A stretch of DNA of 64,000 bases from Sedimentisphaeraceae bacterium JB056. GTDB lineage: Bacteria > Planctomycetota > Phycisphaerae > Sedimentisphaerales > Sedimentisphaeraceae. The position numbers and the translations under genes are program-made. The notes under the pieces were generated by a model that saw only the letters and a program-made list of their open reading frames with translations, did no database searches and had not been told where the DNA came from. Location of the stretch: contig JBITAJ010000022.1 in assembly GCA_044440125.1 (NCBI GenBank), positions 288,001-352,000 on the forward strand, given 5' to 3'. This document shows positions 36,038 to 47,016 of the stretch, piece after piece; position 1 is the first letter of the stretch; each line of letters begins with the position of its first letter.

Positions 36038-38281
36038 ATGAAAAGTCATATATTTAATAATTTGGGTTTAATTCTAATTTCACTCCATTTATGCACTGCT
36101 TCAGTAGCTATGGCACACGGCAAACACCCTCCAAAGCCAACTGAAGAACAAAGTAAATCTATACCTGCCGCAATTGAAGGCTCGGAAGAATTCGCAAGAA
36201 GGTTAGCTGAAAACGGCAGAGGTCTTTTGAATCAGAAACAGCTTGAAATGCTTTACGAGTCTATCGAGTATTTCAATTTTGCCTCAGCAATCCGACAAGG
36301 CAGATTCCCTCAAAGCGATCCTGTTGATGCTGATTACAATCGTTACCTTGCAGAAAAAAGGCTCTGTGAACTTGCCGCAAACTTTGATGATATACTTGTT
36401 TACGATTTTACAGATATGAGTAAACTTCCTGATCCACATGCCCCGATAAGCTTTGATCCACATGCCGGACAGACAATAATAAAGACTGCAACCGGCTCGA
36501 AAGTCAAACGTTTTGTATGCCAGAATTTCGCTATGGACGAGGAAAGATACCGTCTTAAACGTGAAATCCCTGTCGAAAACAACGGAACAGTGTTCATTTT
36601 ACAGCAACTTGACCAACCTTCCTCTGGCAGATCTTCCACACATATAGCGTTTCGTAAGACAGGTGAGGCCAATCCATTCTACTGGAGTGCCCTGACTTTT
36701 AATGTAGATTTGCCCGGTCAGCTTGCAATTGAGATCGTTGATCAGGAAGGTTCAATTTGCCCTGCATTGGTCAGACTTCAAGCATTGCCCGGCGGAAAGG
36801 TATGGGCACCGGCAGAAGCACTTGATTTTAGACCTATGATAAATGATGTTACAGGCCCCGCCATAGCAAATATCCCCGGTCTGAATATCTACGGCCCCGG
36901 CCGCGGGCTGATGGTTCGTATGCCAGGTGAGTTTTCCGGATGCTTCTGGGTTGTAGACAAACCTTTCGAGATGGCTCTACCCGCAGGCAAATGGAGCATC
37001 ACTGTTTACAGAGGACTTGAAACTATTCCGATTACAAAGACTTTTGAAGTTGAATCAGAACAATGGACCCGCAAAAAAATCACGCTAACGCGATGGGCAG
37101 ACATGACTAAGCTTGGATGGCATAGCGGAGACGACCATGTGCATGCCAGACTGCTGAGCAGCGAAGATGCTAACAAACTTATGGCTTTTACCAAAGCGAT
37201 GGATATTCATGTTTCCAATATCCTTGAAATGGGCGATCCGCTTAGAACCTATTTCCATCAACGCGGTTTCGGCAAGGATTTCTTTGTTCAGGACGGCGAG
37301 TACTGGCTTGTACCCGGACAGGAAGACCCCCGCTCCATCTTGGGCCATAACATAGCCATGAACACACGCTCTATGGTCAGAGACCTCGACAAATACCTTA
37401 TGCTCGACTGGATAGCCGATATGGTTCATCAGCAAGGCGGCCTGTTCGGTCAGACCCATGTGGGTCAGAATGTATGCGAAGCTCACAGGGGTATGGCCCT
37501 TATGGCACCCCGCCAGATATACGACTTCTACAGCATAATGCAAGGTGGCTTAGGCACTGAATTGTATTATAATTTTCTTGACCTTGGCTACAAACTTACC
37601 GCTTCCGCAGGCAGCGACATGCCATACGGCGGAACATTAGGAAACGTACAGCTATACGCCTATACAGGCAAAGACAAATCATTCAAGCCTCAAGACTGGT
37701 TTGATGCCATCAAGGCCGGAAACACATTTGTTACAAACGGTCCAATGTTAGAATTCAAAATAGACGGAATGATAGCTGGTCAGGAATTGGCGACTGAAGA
37801 GGGCAAAGAGGTTACAATAAAAGCTCGGTCCTGGGGTCTGGAAGGTTATTCCGCACCGGTAAAACTCGAAATCGTCAAACTCAGCAAAGTAATAAAATCA
37901 GCTGTACCTCGCAACGGTGAAACAGAACTCAATCTGTCTTTCGCTCTTGATGCCGACGAAAGCTGCTGGATTGCTGCCAGAGCATACGGAAAAAACGGCT
38001 CAGCCGCTCATACAACTCCTGTATATATCACTAAACCAGGACAAAGACACTGGAATCGAGAAAGAGTAGAAGAAATCATAGAAAAACAATTCAAAATTCT
38101 TGATGAAATCGAAGGTGTTATAAAAACCGCCGAAAAATCCAAAGAAGCAGGAACATTGCTAAATATTGATTATTGGGGCAAACGATCTGTTGAACAAGCT
38201 GATGCCGTTCGTGAAAGAATCAAGATTACCCGAGAAATATACAATAAGTTGCTGAAAGAACTAAAAGAGCAAGAAGACTGA
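36038..38281 (+). CDS. Secreted CehA/McbA-family PHP-like metallohydrolase
   Basis: Signal peptide; YRGLE; GWHSGDDHVH; GQEDPR..LGH; ASAGSD; TFVTNGP; AHTTPVY. Confidence 0.82.
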   Translation: MKSHIFNNLGLILISLHLCTASVAMAHGKHPPKPTEEQSKSIPAAIEGSEEFARRLAENGRGLLNQKQLEMLYESIEYFNFASAIRQGRFPQSDPVDADYNRYLAEKRLCELAANFDDILVYDFTDMSKLPDPHAPISFDPHAGQTIIKTATGSKVKRFVCQNFAMDEERYRLKREIPVENNGTVFILQQLDQPSSGRSSTHIAFRKTGEANPFYWSALTFNVDLPGQLAIEIVDQEGSICPALVRLQALPGGKVWAPAEALDFRPMINDVTGPAIANIPGLNIYGPGRGLMVRMPGEFSGCFWVVDKPFEMALPAGKWSITVYRGLETIPITKTFEVESEQWTRKKITLTRWADMTKLGWHSGDDHVHARLLSSEDANKLMAFTKAMDIHVSNILEMGDPLRTYFHQRGFGKDFFVQDGEYWLVPGQEDPRSILGHNIAMNTRSMVRDLDKYLMLDWIADMVHQQGGLFGQTHVGQNVCEAHRGMALMAPRQIYDFYSIMQGGLGTELYYNFLDLGYKLTASAGSDMPYGGTLGNVQLYAYTGKDKSFKPQDWFDAIKAGNTFVTNGPMLEFKIDGMIAGQELATEEGKEVTIKARSWGLEGYSAPVKLEIVKLSKVIKSAVPRNGETELNLSFALDADESCWIAARAYGKNGSAAHTTPVYITKPGQRHWNRERVEEIIEKQFKILDEIEGVIKTAEKSKEAGTLLNIDYWGKRSVEQADAVRERIKITREIYNKLLKELKEQED

Positions 38282-38313
38282 AAGTTTAAATTAAACCCTG
38301 GATCGAGAGCTTC

Positions 38314-39405
38314 TTATTGAACTACAGAAGACCGTCTTATCTTAAGCTCATTGCCCGAAATCAATCGTTGTATAGGCTTTGATTTGGGGTTCTTTATCAG
38401 CTTTAACATTGTTTCGGCCGCAACCTTGCCTATCTGTTCGAGCGGCTCTTTGACAGTTGTAAGACCAGCACCAAAATCATCGGACAAAGGAACGTCACCC
38501 ATGCCTACCAAAGCAATATCATCGGGAACTTTTATCCCCATTTTCAGTAACACTTTATATACCTGCAAGGCCAAACTGTCGTGGGGGAAAAAGAAAGCAT
38601 CAGGCTTTTCTGAACTGTTTTCAAAAATATCAGTCATCAGTTGTCTTATATTGTTTTCTGATGAACTTTCATCAGCTCCAAGCACAACCTTCCTTCTAAC
38701 CAATTCACTCAAATTAGACCAGCGAATCCAAGCCGGATCAACATCAAGAGATGCCTGTTCAAGCATTTCCCTGTAAGCAAGATACCTTTTCTTGGTATAT
38801 TTGAGGTCAACCAACGAGCTTCCTATAAAACCAATCCTTCTTCTGCCGGTTTGAATTAAATGTTCAACCGCCACTTTAGCCGCAGAAATAGAATCCCATG
38901 CAACGTAGCTCACATCAGGCATCTGCTCCAGAGTATCTGATATGAAAAGAAGAGGTGTACCATTAGTTATAACTTTTTTATAAGATTCAATACAATCAGG
39001 CAAAGGCTGACATATTATTCCATCCTCCCGCCTTTGCTGACTAATAGCAATCTCTCTTTCACTCCTTTGAGGATCCCAGAGATGTATTGATGTCATCGGC
39101 ATATAACCCTTGTTTTCAAGAACAGGGACAACACCATTAGTTACCTGTGTAGCCCAATCATATTCATAACCGGCCACAATCAAACCGATAACCTTTGTTG
39201 ATTTTCTGGCAAGATTGCGAGCCCACATATGAGGTACATAATTCAGTTCATCAGCAGCAGCAAGCACCTTTTCCGCTGTTTTCTTAGAAACTCGTCTTTC
39301 TTCTGCCTGTCCTGAAAGCACATACCCAACAGTAGTCTTTGAAATACCAACATAAGCGGCAATATCCAAAATACTAACTCGCTTATTATTTTTTACTTTA
39401 GCCAA
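38314..39405 (-). CDS. LacI-family transcriptional regulator
   Basis: SILDIAAYVGISKTTVGYVL HTH; LNYVP..ARNL; VPDDIALVG; LTTV. Confidence 0.93.
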   Translation of the reverse strand: MAKVKNNKRVSILDIAAYVGISKTTVGYVLSGQAEERRVSKKTAEKVLAAADELNYVPHMWARNLARKSTKVIGLIVAGYEYDWATQVTNGVVPVLENKGYMPMTSIHLWDPQRSEREIAISQQRREDGIICQPLPDCIESYKKVITNGTPLLFISDTLEQMPDVSYVAWDSISAAKVAVEHLIQTGRRRIGFIGSSLVDLKYTKKRYLAYREMLEQASLDVDPAWIRWSNLSELVRRKVVLGADESSSENNIRQLMTDIFENSSEKPDAFFFPHDSLALQVYKVLLKMGIKVPDDIALVGMGDVPLSDDFGAGLTTVKEPLEQIGKVAAETMLKLIKNPKSKPIQRLISGNELKIRRSSVVQ

Positions 39406-39476
39406 ATTTCACTCCGGTTATTAAAATGAAAAACCATTATGGCTCAATACTGAACCATAGATCATATACAAATTTC

Positions 39477-39504
39477 ATTATAACCGTTTTAATAAGCCTT
39501 GCAA
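39477..39504 (-). promoter_or_regulatory. Putative promoter of the LacI gene
   Basis: TTGCAA-16 bp-TATAAT on the minus strand. Confidence 0.4.
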
Positions 39505-39595
39505 TGAACAAAAAACATAAATTTAACAAGGATAAACAATTAAAGCAAATCCAGCATACTTTATAATTTTTAGTCACTAATATTATATAATTTTA

Positions 39596-41050
39596 CTAAA
39601 CCCTCTCCCCTAACCTGAGTTTCTGCAAAAATAATGAATTTATCGGATATTTACTGATAAAAATAAGTGCAAATATCGAAACTACCGGTCCAGCAATCAA
39701 TGTAAGCAGACATAACCGCCATATAGCTTCTGGGCTCTGAGGCTCTTCACTACCGGCCACAAAACCTATCGCCGACATAAAAATGCCGGAGAGAAACAGC
39801 CCTACAGACATTGAAAGCTTCATGGCAAGACTAAATACAGCAGAATATCCGCCATCTTTGTTTACACCGGTCTTTATCTCATTTACCTCCGAAACATCAG
39901 CCATCATTGAAGTAGCGATAGGAAACATTATTCCGTTACCAAGCCAATAACCGGCATGAAAGATAACAAACACGATAAAACCTATAGGAATCTGGAAAAA
40001 GCCTAAATCAAGACTCGTCGAAGTGTTTAATATTTTACCAAGATAGAATATGGCAAGTATTAAGTTGCAGCAGAAGGCCCATATTACAGCAAAATAAACT
40101 GCCTTTTTCTTATCAAGTCGTTTAACTATATGAACTGCCATGATTGCTCCTATACCCGAACCAACCATACTCGAACTGTGAGCAATTGTTTTCTGCAAAC
40201 CACTAAACAACATAAAATGCTCATAAAGATATATTTGCAAGGAGCTTACAAGCACAATACCCAAGACTACAACAAAAATATAAAGAAACATCCATTTTGA
40301 ATTCACATCGAACAGGATCTCCTTCATATCAATAAGAAAGTACTTGATATTACTACCTGAAGCTTCACTATTTTCTGTGTTTTTCGAATTAACAATATAT
40401 TTTCGCGTAAAATAAACAACCACAATAACAGAAAGGACTATGGCAATGGTGAAAATAGTTCCCATATTAACATAATTCTGCGCAACACTTTTGGCCCTTA
40501 TCTCTCTACCTTCTATTTCGGGGAAAAATATTAACCACGCCAAGCCGGGGCCGGCCACGTTTGCCGCCATATTCAGAATATTTCTGATACTCTGAAGTTT
40601 GGTTCTTCCGTAATAATCACTGCACATCTCAAATCCTAACGCTGTATACGGTATAATAAATACCGTTATTGCAGTCCTGAGAAACAGATTCATTACTACG
40701 AGATAGCCAAACAATACAATATTGGATGTCTTGAAAACATCTGGTACAGCCCAGATAAAGTAAAAACTTAGAGCCATCATCAAGCCGCCAAACAAGATGT
40801 AAGGATGGCGCTTACCAAAACGGCTTTTTGTGTTGTCGGTTACAAAACCCATTATAGGATCTGATACTGCATCCCAGATAGTAGCGATCATCATCGCCAA
40901 TCCTGCCAAAGAAAAACTCAAGCCCAAAGCTTCGGTGTAATAGAACATTGCAAAGCCAAAGATAGTATTCATTGTAAGAGAATTGGCGCATTCACCAAAC
41001 GAATAAGTTACCATACTGCCTGTTGAGCAGGTCTTTATTTTATCTGACAT
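39596..41050 (-). CDS. MFS glycoside-pentoside-hexuronide (GPH/MelB-like) cation symporter
   Basis: WDAVSDPIMG..TDNTKSRFGKRHPY; about 12 hydrophobic segments; MMADV.E..E.KTG. Confidence 0.92.
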   Translation of the reverse strand: MSDKIKTCSTGSMVTYSFGECANSLTMNTIFGFAMFYYTEALGLSFSLAGLAMMIATIWDAVSDPIMGFVTDNTKSRFGKRHPYILFGGLMMALSFYFIWAVPDVFKTSNIVLFGYLVVMNLFLRTAITVFIIPYTALGFEMCSDYYGRTKLQSIRNILNMAANVAGPGLAWLIFFPEIEGREIRAKSVAQNYVNMGTIFTIAIVLSVIVVVYFTRKYIVNSKNTENSEASGSNIKYFLIDMKEILFDVNSKWMFLYIFVVVLGIVLVSSLQIYLYEHFMLFSGLQKTIAHSSSMVGSGIGAIMAVHIVKRLDKKKAVYFAVIWAFCCNLILAIFYLGKILNTSTSLDLGFFQIPIGFIVFVIFHAGYWLGNGIMFPIATSMMADVSEVNEIKTGVNKDGGYSAVFSLAMKLSMSVGLFLSGIFMSAIGFVAGSEEPQSPEAIWRLCLLTLIAGPVVSIFALIFISKYPINSLFLQKLRLGERV

Positions 41051-41094
41051 ACAAAAACATCCAATCTTTCTTTTAACGCAACAACAATAATGAA

Positions 41095-43323
41095 TTACTT
41101 TCTAAGTTGTTTTTCTTTTTCAAGAGTATCTTCAAGCTCGGCATATATCTTTTTTACAACCTCAAAGTTTTCAAGAGCACCTGGAGCAGTTTCTGCCAAA
41201 TGGGGTCCATAGAGATTTGAAGGAGGAAAATTACCACTCTCATGCTGCTGCATAAAATTTTTGAGTTCGGCTTCCATTCCATCAAAAACGCCATAACACC
41301 TGTCGATTACCTTCTGAGCTTTTGTAACATCCCAGAACCTATATCCATCACGAATAATATATACCGGTGTTGTATGAGCCTGTGCTTCATTATGTGAAAT
41401 AGCCTTCAAAGCTATCCAACAGCCGTATTCTGTATCCATCTCAAACTCCATCTCAAGAATAGATTTCTGCGGATCATCAGAAATCTTACTCTTATACACT
41501 TCGCCAAATCTAATTACCTGAAGCTCTTTTGGGGAAGTGATTCCAGGAATACCCATAGCTTTTGCGTAAACCTTTACCTTACGATTAGAATTTGTATGAA
41601 TTTCCTCGCCCGGTATAGCATCATCAACCCTGAAATCAATGATAGGCCCATTTGTTACAAATGTCTTTCCGTCTTTGAGTCCCTGGAACCACTTATCAGA
41701 GCTAAATTCTCCCTTCCCAGTATAGACATAAATAACCGCCTCACCTACAGCATGTCCGAAAGGCATATCACTTCCTGTACTTGCCGCGTATTTATATCCA
41801 AGATTGAGAAAATCATAATAAACAGATGTATCAAGCAGGCCCGACTGCATGATCTCTCCAAAATAAGTCTTATCGAGAGGAAGCAACACGGCAATATCTC
41901 TTATGATATTGAAAATATTAAATAGAACATGAGCCTGACCATAAACACCACCATCGCGATTTACGTTATCTGCAATCCATACATTATCAAGATACATATC
42001 ATCTTTTCTCACCAAACGGGCAAGATTAGTACCGATAGCATGTCCATAGAAATGTCTTGGGTCTTCCATTCCCGGAATAAGTACGTAATTACCATCCTGA
42101 ACCCTGTAGTCTTTGCCGTAACCTCGCTGTTCAAAGAATGTACGATAACTATTACCCATCATCAAGACATTTCCAACATGAACATCTGCGGCTCTAATAA
42201 TCATCAGCAGCTTTTCAGCATCAGCATCACTCATCAATCTCGAATGGATATGGTCATCACCTGAATACCAGCCCATTTCAGGCATATTTATCCATCTTTT
42301 AAGTCTAAATATCTTCCTCGTCTTCTTTCCGGCTTCTACGGCTACAGTCTCAAATACCGGCTCATACTCAAAACCATGATTTATATGAACTTCCCAATTA
42401 CCGGCAGGCATTGCCATATCAAAGCCCTCAGGCAAATACCAATAATGACCGCCATAAGGACTTGGCATTGAAGCAGGATAAGGCTTACCATACAGATCTG
42501 GGAAAATATCAGGATCAGGTTTGGGATAACCTGCGATATTGTCCATCTGCCAGTCAAAAACAAGAGCATTAGCCGGCCTGTACAATGTATCTGTCTTCTT
42601 CGATGTCAGTCTTACCATTGCAGGTACAGGCTTACCAAATTCATCTACTATCTCGACCTCCAACTCCCCATGAGGAGGTGAGATTACTTTTATAGCTCCC
42701 GGATAGTCTTTATCTTCAAGCTTAAAATTAAGAAAAAATCCGGTTGACTGGTTGGGCACATTCCATAAACCAAGCAAAACCCAATTTACGCTATTAGCCT
42801 TTAGCTCTATATCTATCGGAGCTTCATGCTCAGTGTATGACTCAAGCTCAACCTTAACTTCATTAAAAGCAAAAGAGTCGTCACCAGTAATAACCTTTAA
42901 CAATACAGAACCATATTCCATAGGTACTTCAATATCTCTTGGAACTGCCATATCTGTGTACCCTTTGGACATATCATACTTAACACAGCCATCGTATTCT
43001 TCAAGTAACTCTAAAAGATGTTCCTGCCCAAGAGAATAACTACGCATACTTTTTTCTTCATCAGTATCAGCATATTTGTCATGCATTTTAAAATGAGAAT
43101 TAGAATCGTGCAAAAGCTCAAGCTGCTGAGAGGTAAATATATTCCGACTGTTTTCAGCAAGCCTTTGCGCAAATCTTTGAGCACCGGGAATCGGATCTGC
43201 TATCTCAACAGATTCATTCTCTCCAGCCATCTCATATTTATGTGTATCCACACCATGAGCCCAACAAATTGCAGGCAATGCAAATATAGCGAGTATAATC
43301 ACTTTTCTTAAAAAGTTACACAT
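41095..43323 (-). CDS. Secreted CehA/McbA-family PHP-like metallohydrolase
   Basis: HGFEY; GWYSGDDHIH; GMEDPR..GH; TGSD; TFVTNGP; AHTTPVY. Confidence 0.82.
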   Translation of the reverse strand: MCNFLRKVIILAIFALPAICWAHGVDTHKYEMAGENESVEIADPIPGAQRFAQRLAENSRNIFTSQQLELLHDSNSHFKMHDKYADTDEEKSMRSYSLGQEHLLELLEEYDGCVKYDMSKGYTDMAVPRDIEVPMEYGSVLLKVITGDDSFAFNEVKVELESYTEHEAPIDIELKANSVNWVLLGLWNVPNQSTGFFLNFKLEDKDYPGAIKVISPPHGELEVEIVDEFGKPVPAMVRLTSKKTDTLYRPANALVFDWQMDNIAGYPKPDPDIFPDLYGKPYPASMPSPYGGHYWYLPEGFDMAMPAGNWEVHINHGFEYEPVFETVAVEAGKKTRKIFRLKRWINMPEMGWYSGDDHIHSRLMSDADAEKLLMIIRAADVHVGNVLMMGNSYRTFFEQRGYGKDYRVQDGNYVLIPGMEDPRHFYGHAIGTNLARLVRKDDMYLDNVWIADNVNRDGGVYGQAHVLFNIFNIIRDIAVLLPLDKTYFGEIMQSGLLDTSVYYDFLNLGYKYAASTGSDMPFGHAVGEAVIYVYTGKGEFSSDKWFQGLKDGKTFVTNGPIIDFRVDDAIPGEEIHTNSNRKVKVYAKAMGIPGITSPKELQVIRFGEVYKSKISDDPQKSILEMEFEMDTEYGCWIALKAISHNEAQAHTTPVYIIRDGYRFWDVTKAQKVIDRCYGVFDGMEAELKNFMQQHESGNFPPSNLYGPHLAETAPGALENFEVVKKIYAELEDTLEKEKQLRK

Positions 43324-43371
43324 TTTATATTTCCCTTATCTTGATACTTTAACAGAATGTTCAATCGATAT

Positions 43372-43422
43372 TTGATATCTGGTTCTAATCCCAGATTTCG
43401 TAAGTAACAATAGACTTTTGTC
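43372..43422. repeat. Intergenic 51-bp element, copy 2
   Basis: 39/51 identical to 29021-29071; terminal ATAGACTTTTGTC identical. Confidence 0.6.
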
Positions 43423-43427
43423 ACGTG

Positions 43428-45659
43428 TCACCTATTTATATTCCTTATTTCTTCCTCGTCTTTAAGCTTTTCCTGCAAATCAAACATCAGACTACGAATG
43501 ATATTCAATCTTTCCCGTAACTGCTCACCATTAAGGGCCGGCAAGGCACTCCAATAATCGATAGGTTCTATATCGCCCTTAATCATTCTGGTTTCAGCTT
43601 CAGAAACCATTTTTTCAATACCGTCCAAAATCTCCAGACGAGAATCAATCAAAGCCTCTGCTTTTTCAATATCCCAATGCCTGAAACCTTTACGACTTAC
43701 ATAGATTGGAGTAGTATGAGCCTCAGAACCATTATGCCCTACCGCATGCAGAGCTATCCAGAATCCATACTCTGAATCTAATGCCATTTCAATATCCAAT
43801 GATTTTACGGCAGGGTCGGTAGATGAAGTTTGCTTGATCGGTTCACCAAGTTTAATTACTTCCAGTAATTTTGGAGCGGACACTCCCTTTTGTCCCCAGG
43901 CTTTTGCATTTATGGTTAGGGGTTCATTGCCATCAACAACAATCTCGCTACCCGGAATCTGTCCATTAACGGTAAATTCAAGCATCGGACCGCAACTAAC
44001 GAATGTATTCCCCTTCTTCATTGCATCAAACCAGTCATCCGGTTCAAACTTATCCTTGCCAGTATAAGCATAAACCCTGACAAGCCCTGTCATACCGCCG
44101 TAAGGAGCATCGGAACCGGCAGAAGCAGTAAGCTTATAACCGAGATTAAGAAAGTCATAATAGTATTCCGTACCAAGGTGTATCTGGAGTATGCTGTTGA
44201 AATCGGATTTGCCTCTTGGAATCAGCATTGTCATATCACGGAAAATAGCAAAAGCCTTCTCTCCAACATGAGTATGGCCATACAAACCGCCCTGCTTATG
44301 AATTTCATCGGCTACAAGATCGTTAAGAAGATATTTCTCTGTATTACGAGCAAGAGATCTGATATTAATACCGATAGCATGCCCCATTTGTGAACGAGGG
44401 TCTTCCTGTCCGGGTACAAGAAAATACCCATCATCGGCAACACGGAAATCTTTTCCAAAACCACGCTGCGAAAACCATGTTCTTTCATGATTACCCATTT
44501 CAAGTATATTAAGCAAATGAATATCAGCGGCTTTTGCCAAAAACATAAGTTTTTCTGCATCTTCACTGTTTTCCATTCTTGAGTGGATATGATCATCGCC
44601 GCTATACCAACCCTTCTCCGCCATATTTACCCATCTTTTCAGGCAAACGGTTCTTTCTGTATGCCCACCGGGGTTGATCTCAATCTCTTCTCTATGGGCC
44701 GTTATCTCTATACCTCTATAGACCTCCAGCAGCCACTTTCCTGCAGGAACAGCCATTTCAAAAGGCTTAGGAGTAACCCAGAAAGGCCCGGTAAAGTCGT
44801 CCAGCGTATAGCAATAGAAAGTGCCGTACTTATAATTAAGCGATTGTGGAACCATCATCCACATAGTGTCTGAGTAATCAATAAAATTCGGAGGTGCAAG
44901 CAATTTCCCTGAATCCAAAGACTTCAAACGAACCATAGCTGCGACATTGCGCCCGCTCTGATCAACAACTTTTACAGAAAGCTGTCCTGAATCAGGTCTT
45001 TCGAAGGAAACTGCAGCAGTGAATATCTGCGTTTTATCGCTGTCTTTAGTAAAATTGAATCTTTGCGAAAATTGCTCAGAAGGGACCTCCTCAAACTTAA
45101 CGAGAATGAAAGTAATACCAGAATCGACAACATCAAGCTCAACAGCCTGAGGCTCTATTACCTCTCTTAAATTCACTTCCTTAACACGAAATTGAGCAAC
45201 ATCATCTCCCGTAACTATCTTGAAAAAGATATAGGGATATGCACCGGCAAGTGCTAACTGTTCAGAGTCAGCGTAGATTCTTGAGCGGGTAAAATCAAAC
45301 GTTTTGAGATTTACGGCATTATCAGCAATATCCAGCAAAGCAAGCTCAGCTTTGCGTAAATACATCGCCGATATATTCTCATCCTTATTACAATCAATAC
45401 CCTCTGCAAATTGCTTACTGTACTGATAATAATGAGTAATCTTATCCAGCTCTTTATACTGTCGGTCATTTAACAGAAAACTCCCATTTAACAACACTTC
45501 CTGATAATATGCCTTTTCACCTTCAATAGTAATATTTTCATATTTCCCGTTGTTACTATGAGACTCATCATCAGAAAAATGTCTATGAGAACCATGCCCG
45601 TAAACAACAGTATTAAACGCAACCACAAGCACGGTTAAAATTAAAAATCTAATCTTCAC
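43428..45659 (-). CDS. Secreted CehA/McbA-family PHP-like metallohydrolase
   Basis: YRGIE; GWYSGDDHIH; GQEDPR..MGH; ASAGSD; AHTTPIY. Confidence 0.82.
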   Translation of the reverse strand: MKIRFLILTVLVVAFNTVVYGHGSHRHFSDDESHSNNGKYENITIEGEKAYYQEVLLNGSFLLNDRQYKELDKITHYYQYSKQFAEGIDCNKDENISAMYLRKAELALLDIADNAVNLKTFDFTRSRIYADSEQLALAGAYPYIFFKIVTGDDVAQFRVKEVNLREVIEPQAVELDVVDSGITFILVKFEEVPSEQFSQRFNFTKDSDKTQIFTAAVSFERPDSGQLSVKVVDQSGRNVAAMVRLKSLDSGKLLAPPNFIDYSDTMWMMVPQSLNYKYGTFYCYTLDDFTGPFWVTPKPFEMAVPAGKWLLEVYRGIEITAHREEIEINPGGHTERTVCLKRWVNMAEKGWYSGDDHIHSRMENSEDAEKLMFLAKAADIHLLNILEMGNHERTWFSQRGFGKDFRVADDGYFLVPGQEDPRSQMGHAIGINIRSLARNTEKYLLNDLVADEIHKQGGLYGHTHVGEKAFAIFRDMTMLIPRGKSDFNSILQIHLGTEYYYDFLNLGYKLTASAGSDAPYGGMTGLVRVYAYTGKDKFEPDDWFDAMKKGNTFVSCGPMLEFTVNGQIPGSEIVVDGNEPLTINAKAWGQKGVSAPKLLEVIKLGEPIKQTSSTDPAVKSLDIEMALDSEYGFWIALHAVGHNGSEAHTTPIYVSRKGFRHWDIEKAEALIDSRLEILDGIEKMVSEAETRMIKGDIEPIDYWSALPALNGEQLRERLNIIRSLMFDLQEKLKDEEEIRNINR

Positions 45660-45671
45660 TTCCTCAAGCCC

Positions 45672-46970
45672 TTACAATCCGAGGCGATAATATTCGTTAG
45701 CATTGCCAAACAACCACGCATAAGCGACTTCTTTGGCCTCATCAAGCGAAAGATAATCTATCTCGACCATATCGGCAAGAGCTATGGCTATATTGTCCCT
45801 GGCTATAACCGAGTGAGCCCAGGCAAGCTCAGCACTTCCGCCAAAATCAGATCCGTAACCATGAATCTTGCCATGCGGCACTGAAGACAGGGCCTGCTTG
45901 AACATATTCTGGCAGTAGATTGGGTCTATAATGTTCGCCCAGCAAAAATCGATAGTAACATTTGGATGATTTTTCGCAAGATAGAGCAGTTCGGCACTAT
46001 AAGGCCAATTAGCGTGGAAAAGATCAAAACGTACATCTCTATGCAACTCAAATACACTGTTCATCAAAACAGCATTTGTCTTTGCAATATCATCACGAAC
46101 ACGTGCCATATGACCGGTATGAACCTGGACAGGCAAATCCATATCTCTTGCCATTCTCATAAATTCATGAAAAAGATAATCATCAAGCGGCTTTATCTGA
46201 TCTGGATAGCCGGCAATTCTTCGGGGATCCTCCATGAAATAATTAAATACTTTCTCCGCATCACTCTTTGTTGGATTGGAATATTTAAGGCTTCTCGTAT
46301 AAGCACTCTGGTCCTTAAACGCAACAGCACCAAAACGCTTGTAACCTTCAAAAATTTCACGGCATGCATCAATATACTCATCAAGACAAGTTGCGGTTTT
46401 ATTTACTGTTGATGTAAATTCACAAGCCTGATCATAGCTTCTTACCGCATGGAAACGAGGCAGCGAAATAACAAGCCTCCCCTTTGGAGACATCTTGTAA
46501 GTACCATCCATAACTCGCTTCATACCCACCTGATCAATACCGCACATATCCTCAAGCCTGACAGCAATACCGGCTTTATCCAGTATACCGGTAAAAACTT
46601 TTTCATCCTCAAGATCAAGCAGATTGTCCTGTATATGCTTGAGGGATTCGAGGGTCAGTTTATCTACACCGTAAAATTCTTTAAGTGCAAGTCGTGTAGT
46701 TTTAGCGTAACCGGTGTGCAGGGTTCTGTTCCAGGCTTTTTCCAATACCGGCCAACGTTCTTCAAGAGATTTGCTCTGGTCTGTAATGAAAGCAAAGTCG
46801 GCATCGCTCGAAGAACTTGTAATATCCGCGGCCATATAATGTACAACGATAAATTCTATCGCATCGGTATATTTGGGACCTGGTCCCTCCGTATGGTCAT
46901 GACAGTCAAATAAAGGTATAGTTTCAATATATTCTCTTAAAGCATCAAAACACTTGGCCGTAGATTTCAT
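45672..46970 (-). CDS. Amidohydrolase-superfamily protein (Amidohydro_2/uronate-isomerase-like)
   Basis: DCHDH; PVQVHTG; FDLFHANWPY; YGSD. Confidence 0.85.
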   Translation of the reverse strand: MKSTAKCFDALREYIETIPLFDCHDHTEGPGPKYTDAIEFIVVHYMAADITSSSSDADFAFITDQSKSLEERWPVLEKAWNRTLHTGYAKTTRLALKEFYGVDKLTLESLKHIQDNLLDLEDEKVFTGILDKAGIAVRLEDMCGIDQVGMKRVMDGTYKMSPKGRLVISLPRFHAVRSYDQACEFTSTVNKTATCLDEYIDACREIFEGYKRFGAVAFKDQSAYTRSLKYSNPTKSDAEKVFNYFMEDPRRIAGYPDQIKPLDDYLFHEFMRMARDMDLPVQVHTGHMARVRDDIAKTNAVLMNSVFELHRDVRFDLFHANWPYSAELLYLAKNHPNVTIDFCWANIIDPIYCQNMFKQALSSVPHGKIHGYGSDFGGSAELAWAHSVIARDNIAIALADMVEIDYLSLDEAKEVAYAWLFGNANEYYRLGL

Positions 46971-47016
46971 TTTATTCTCCTGTTTAATTTTACTTTATTA
47001 TTCCTACTATTAAACT

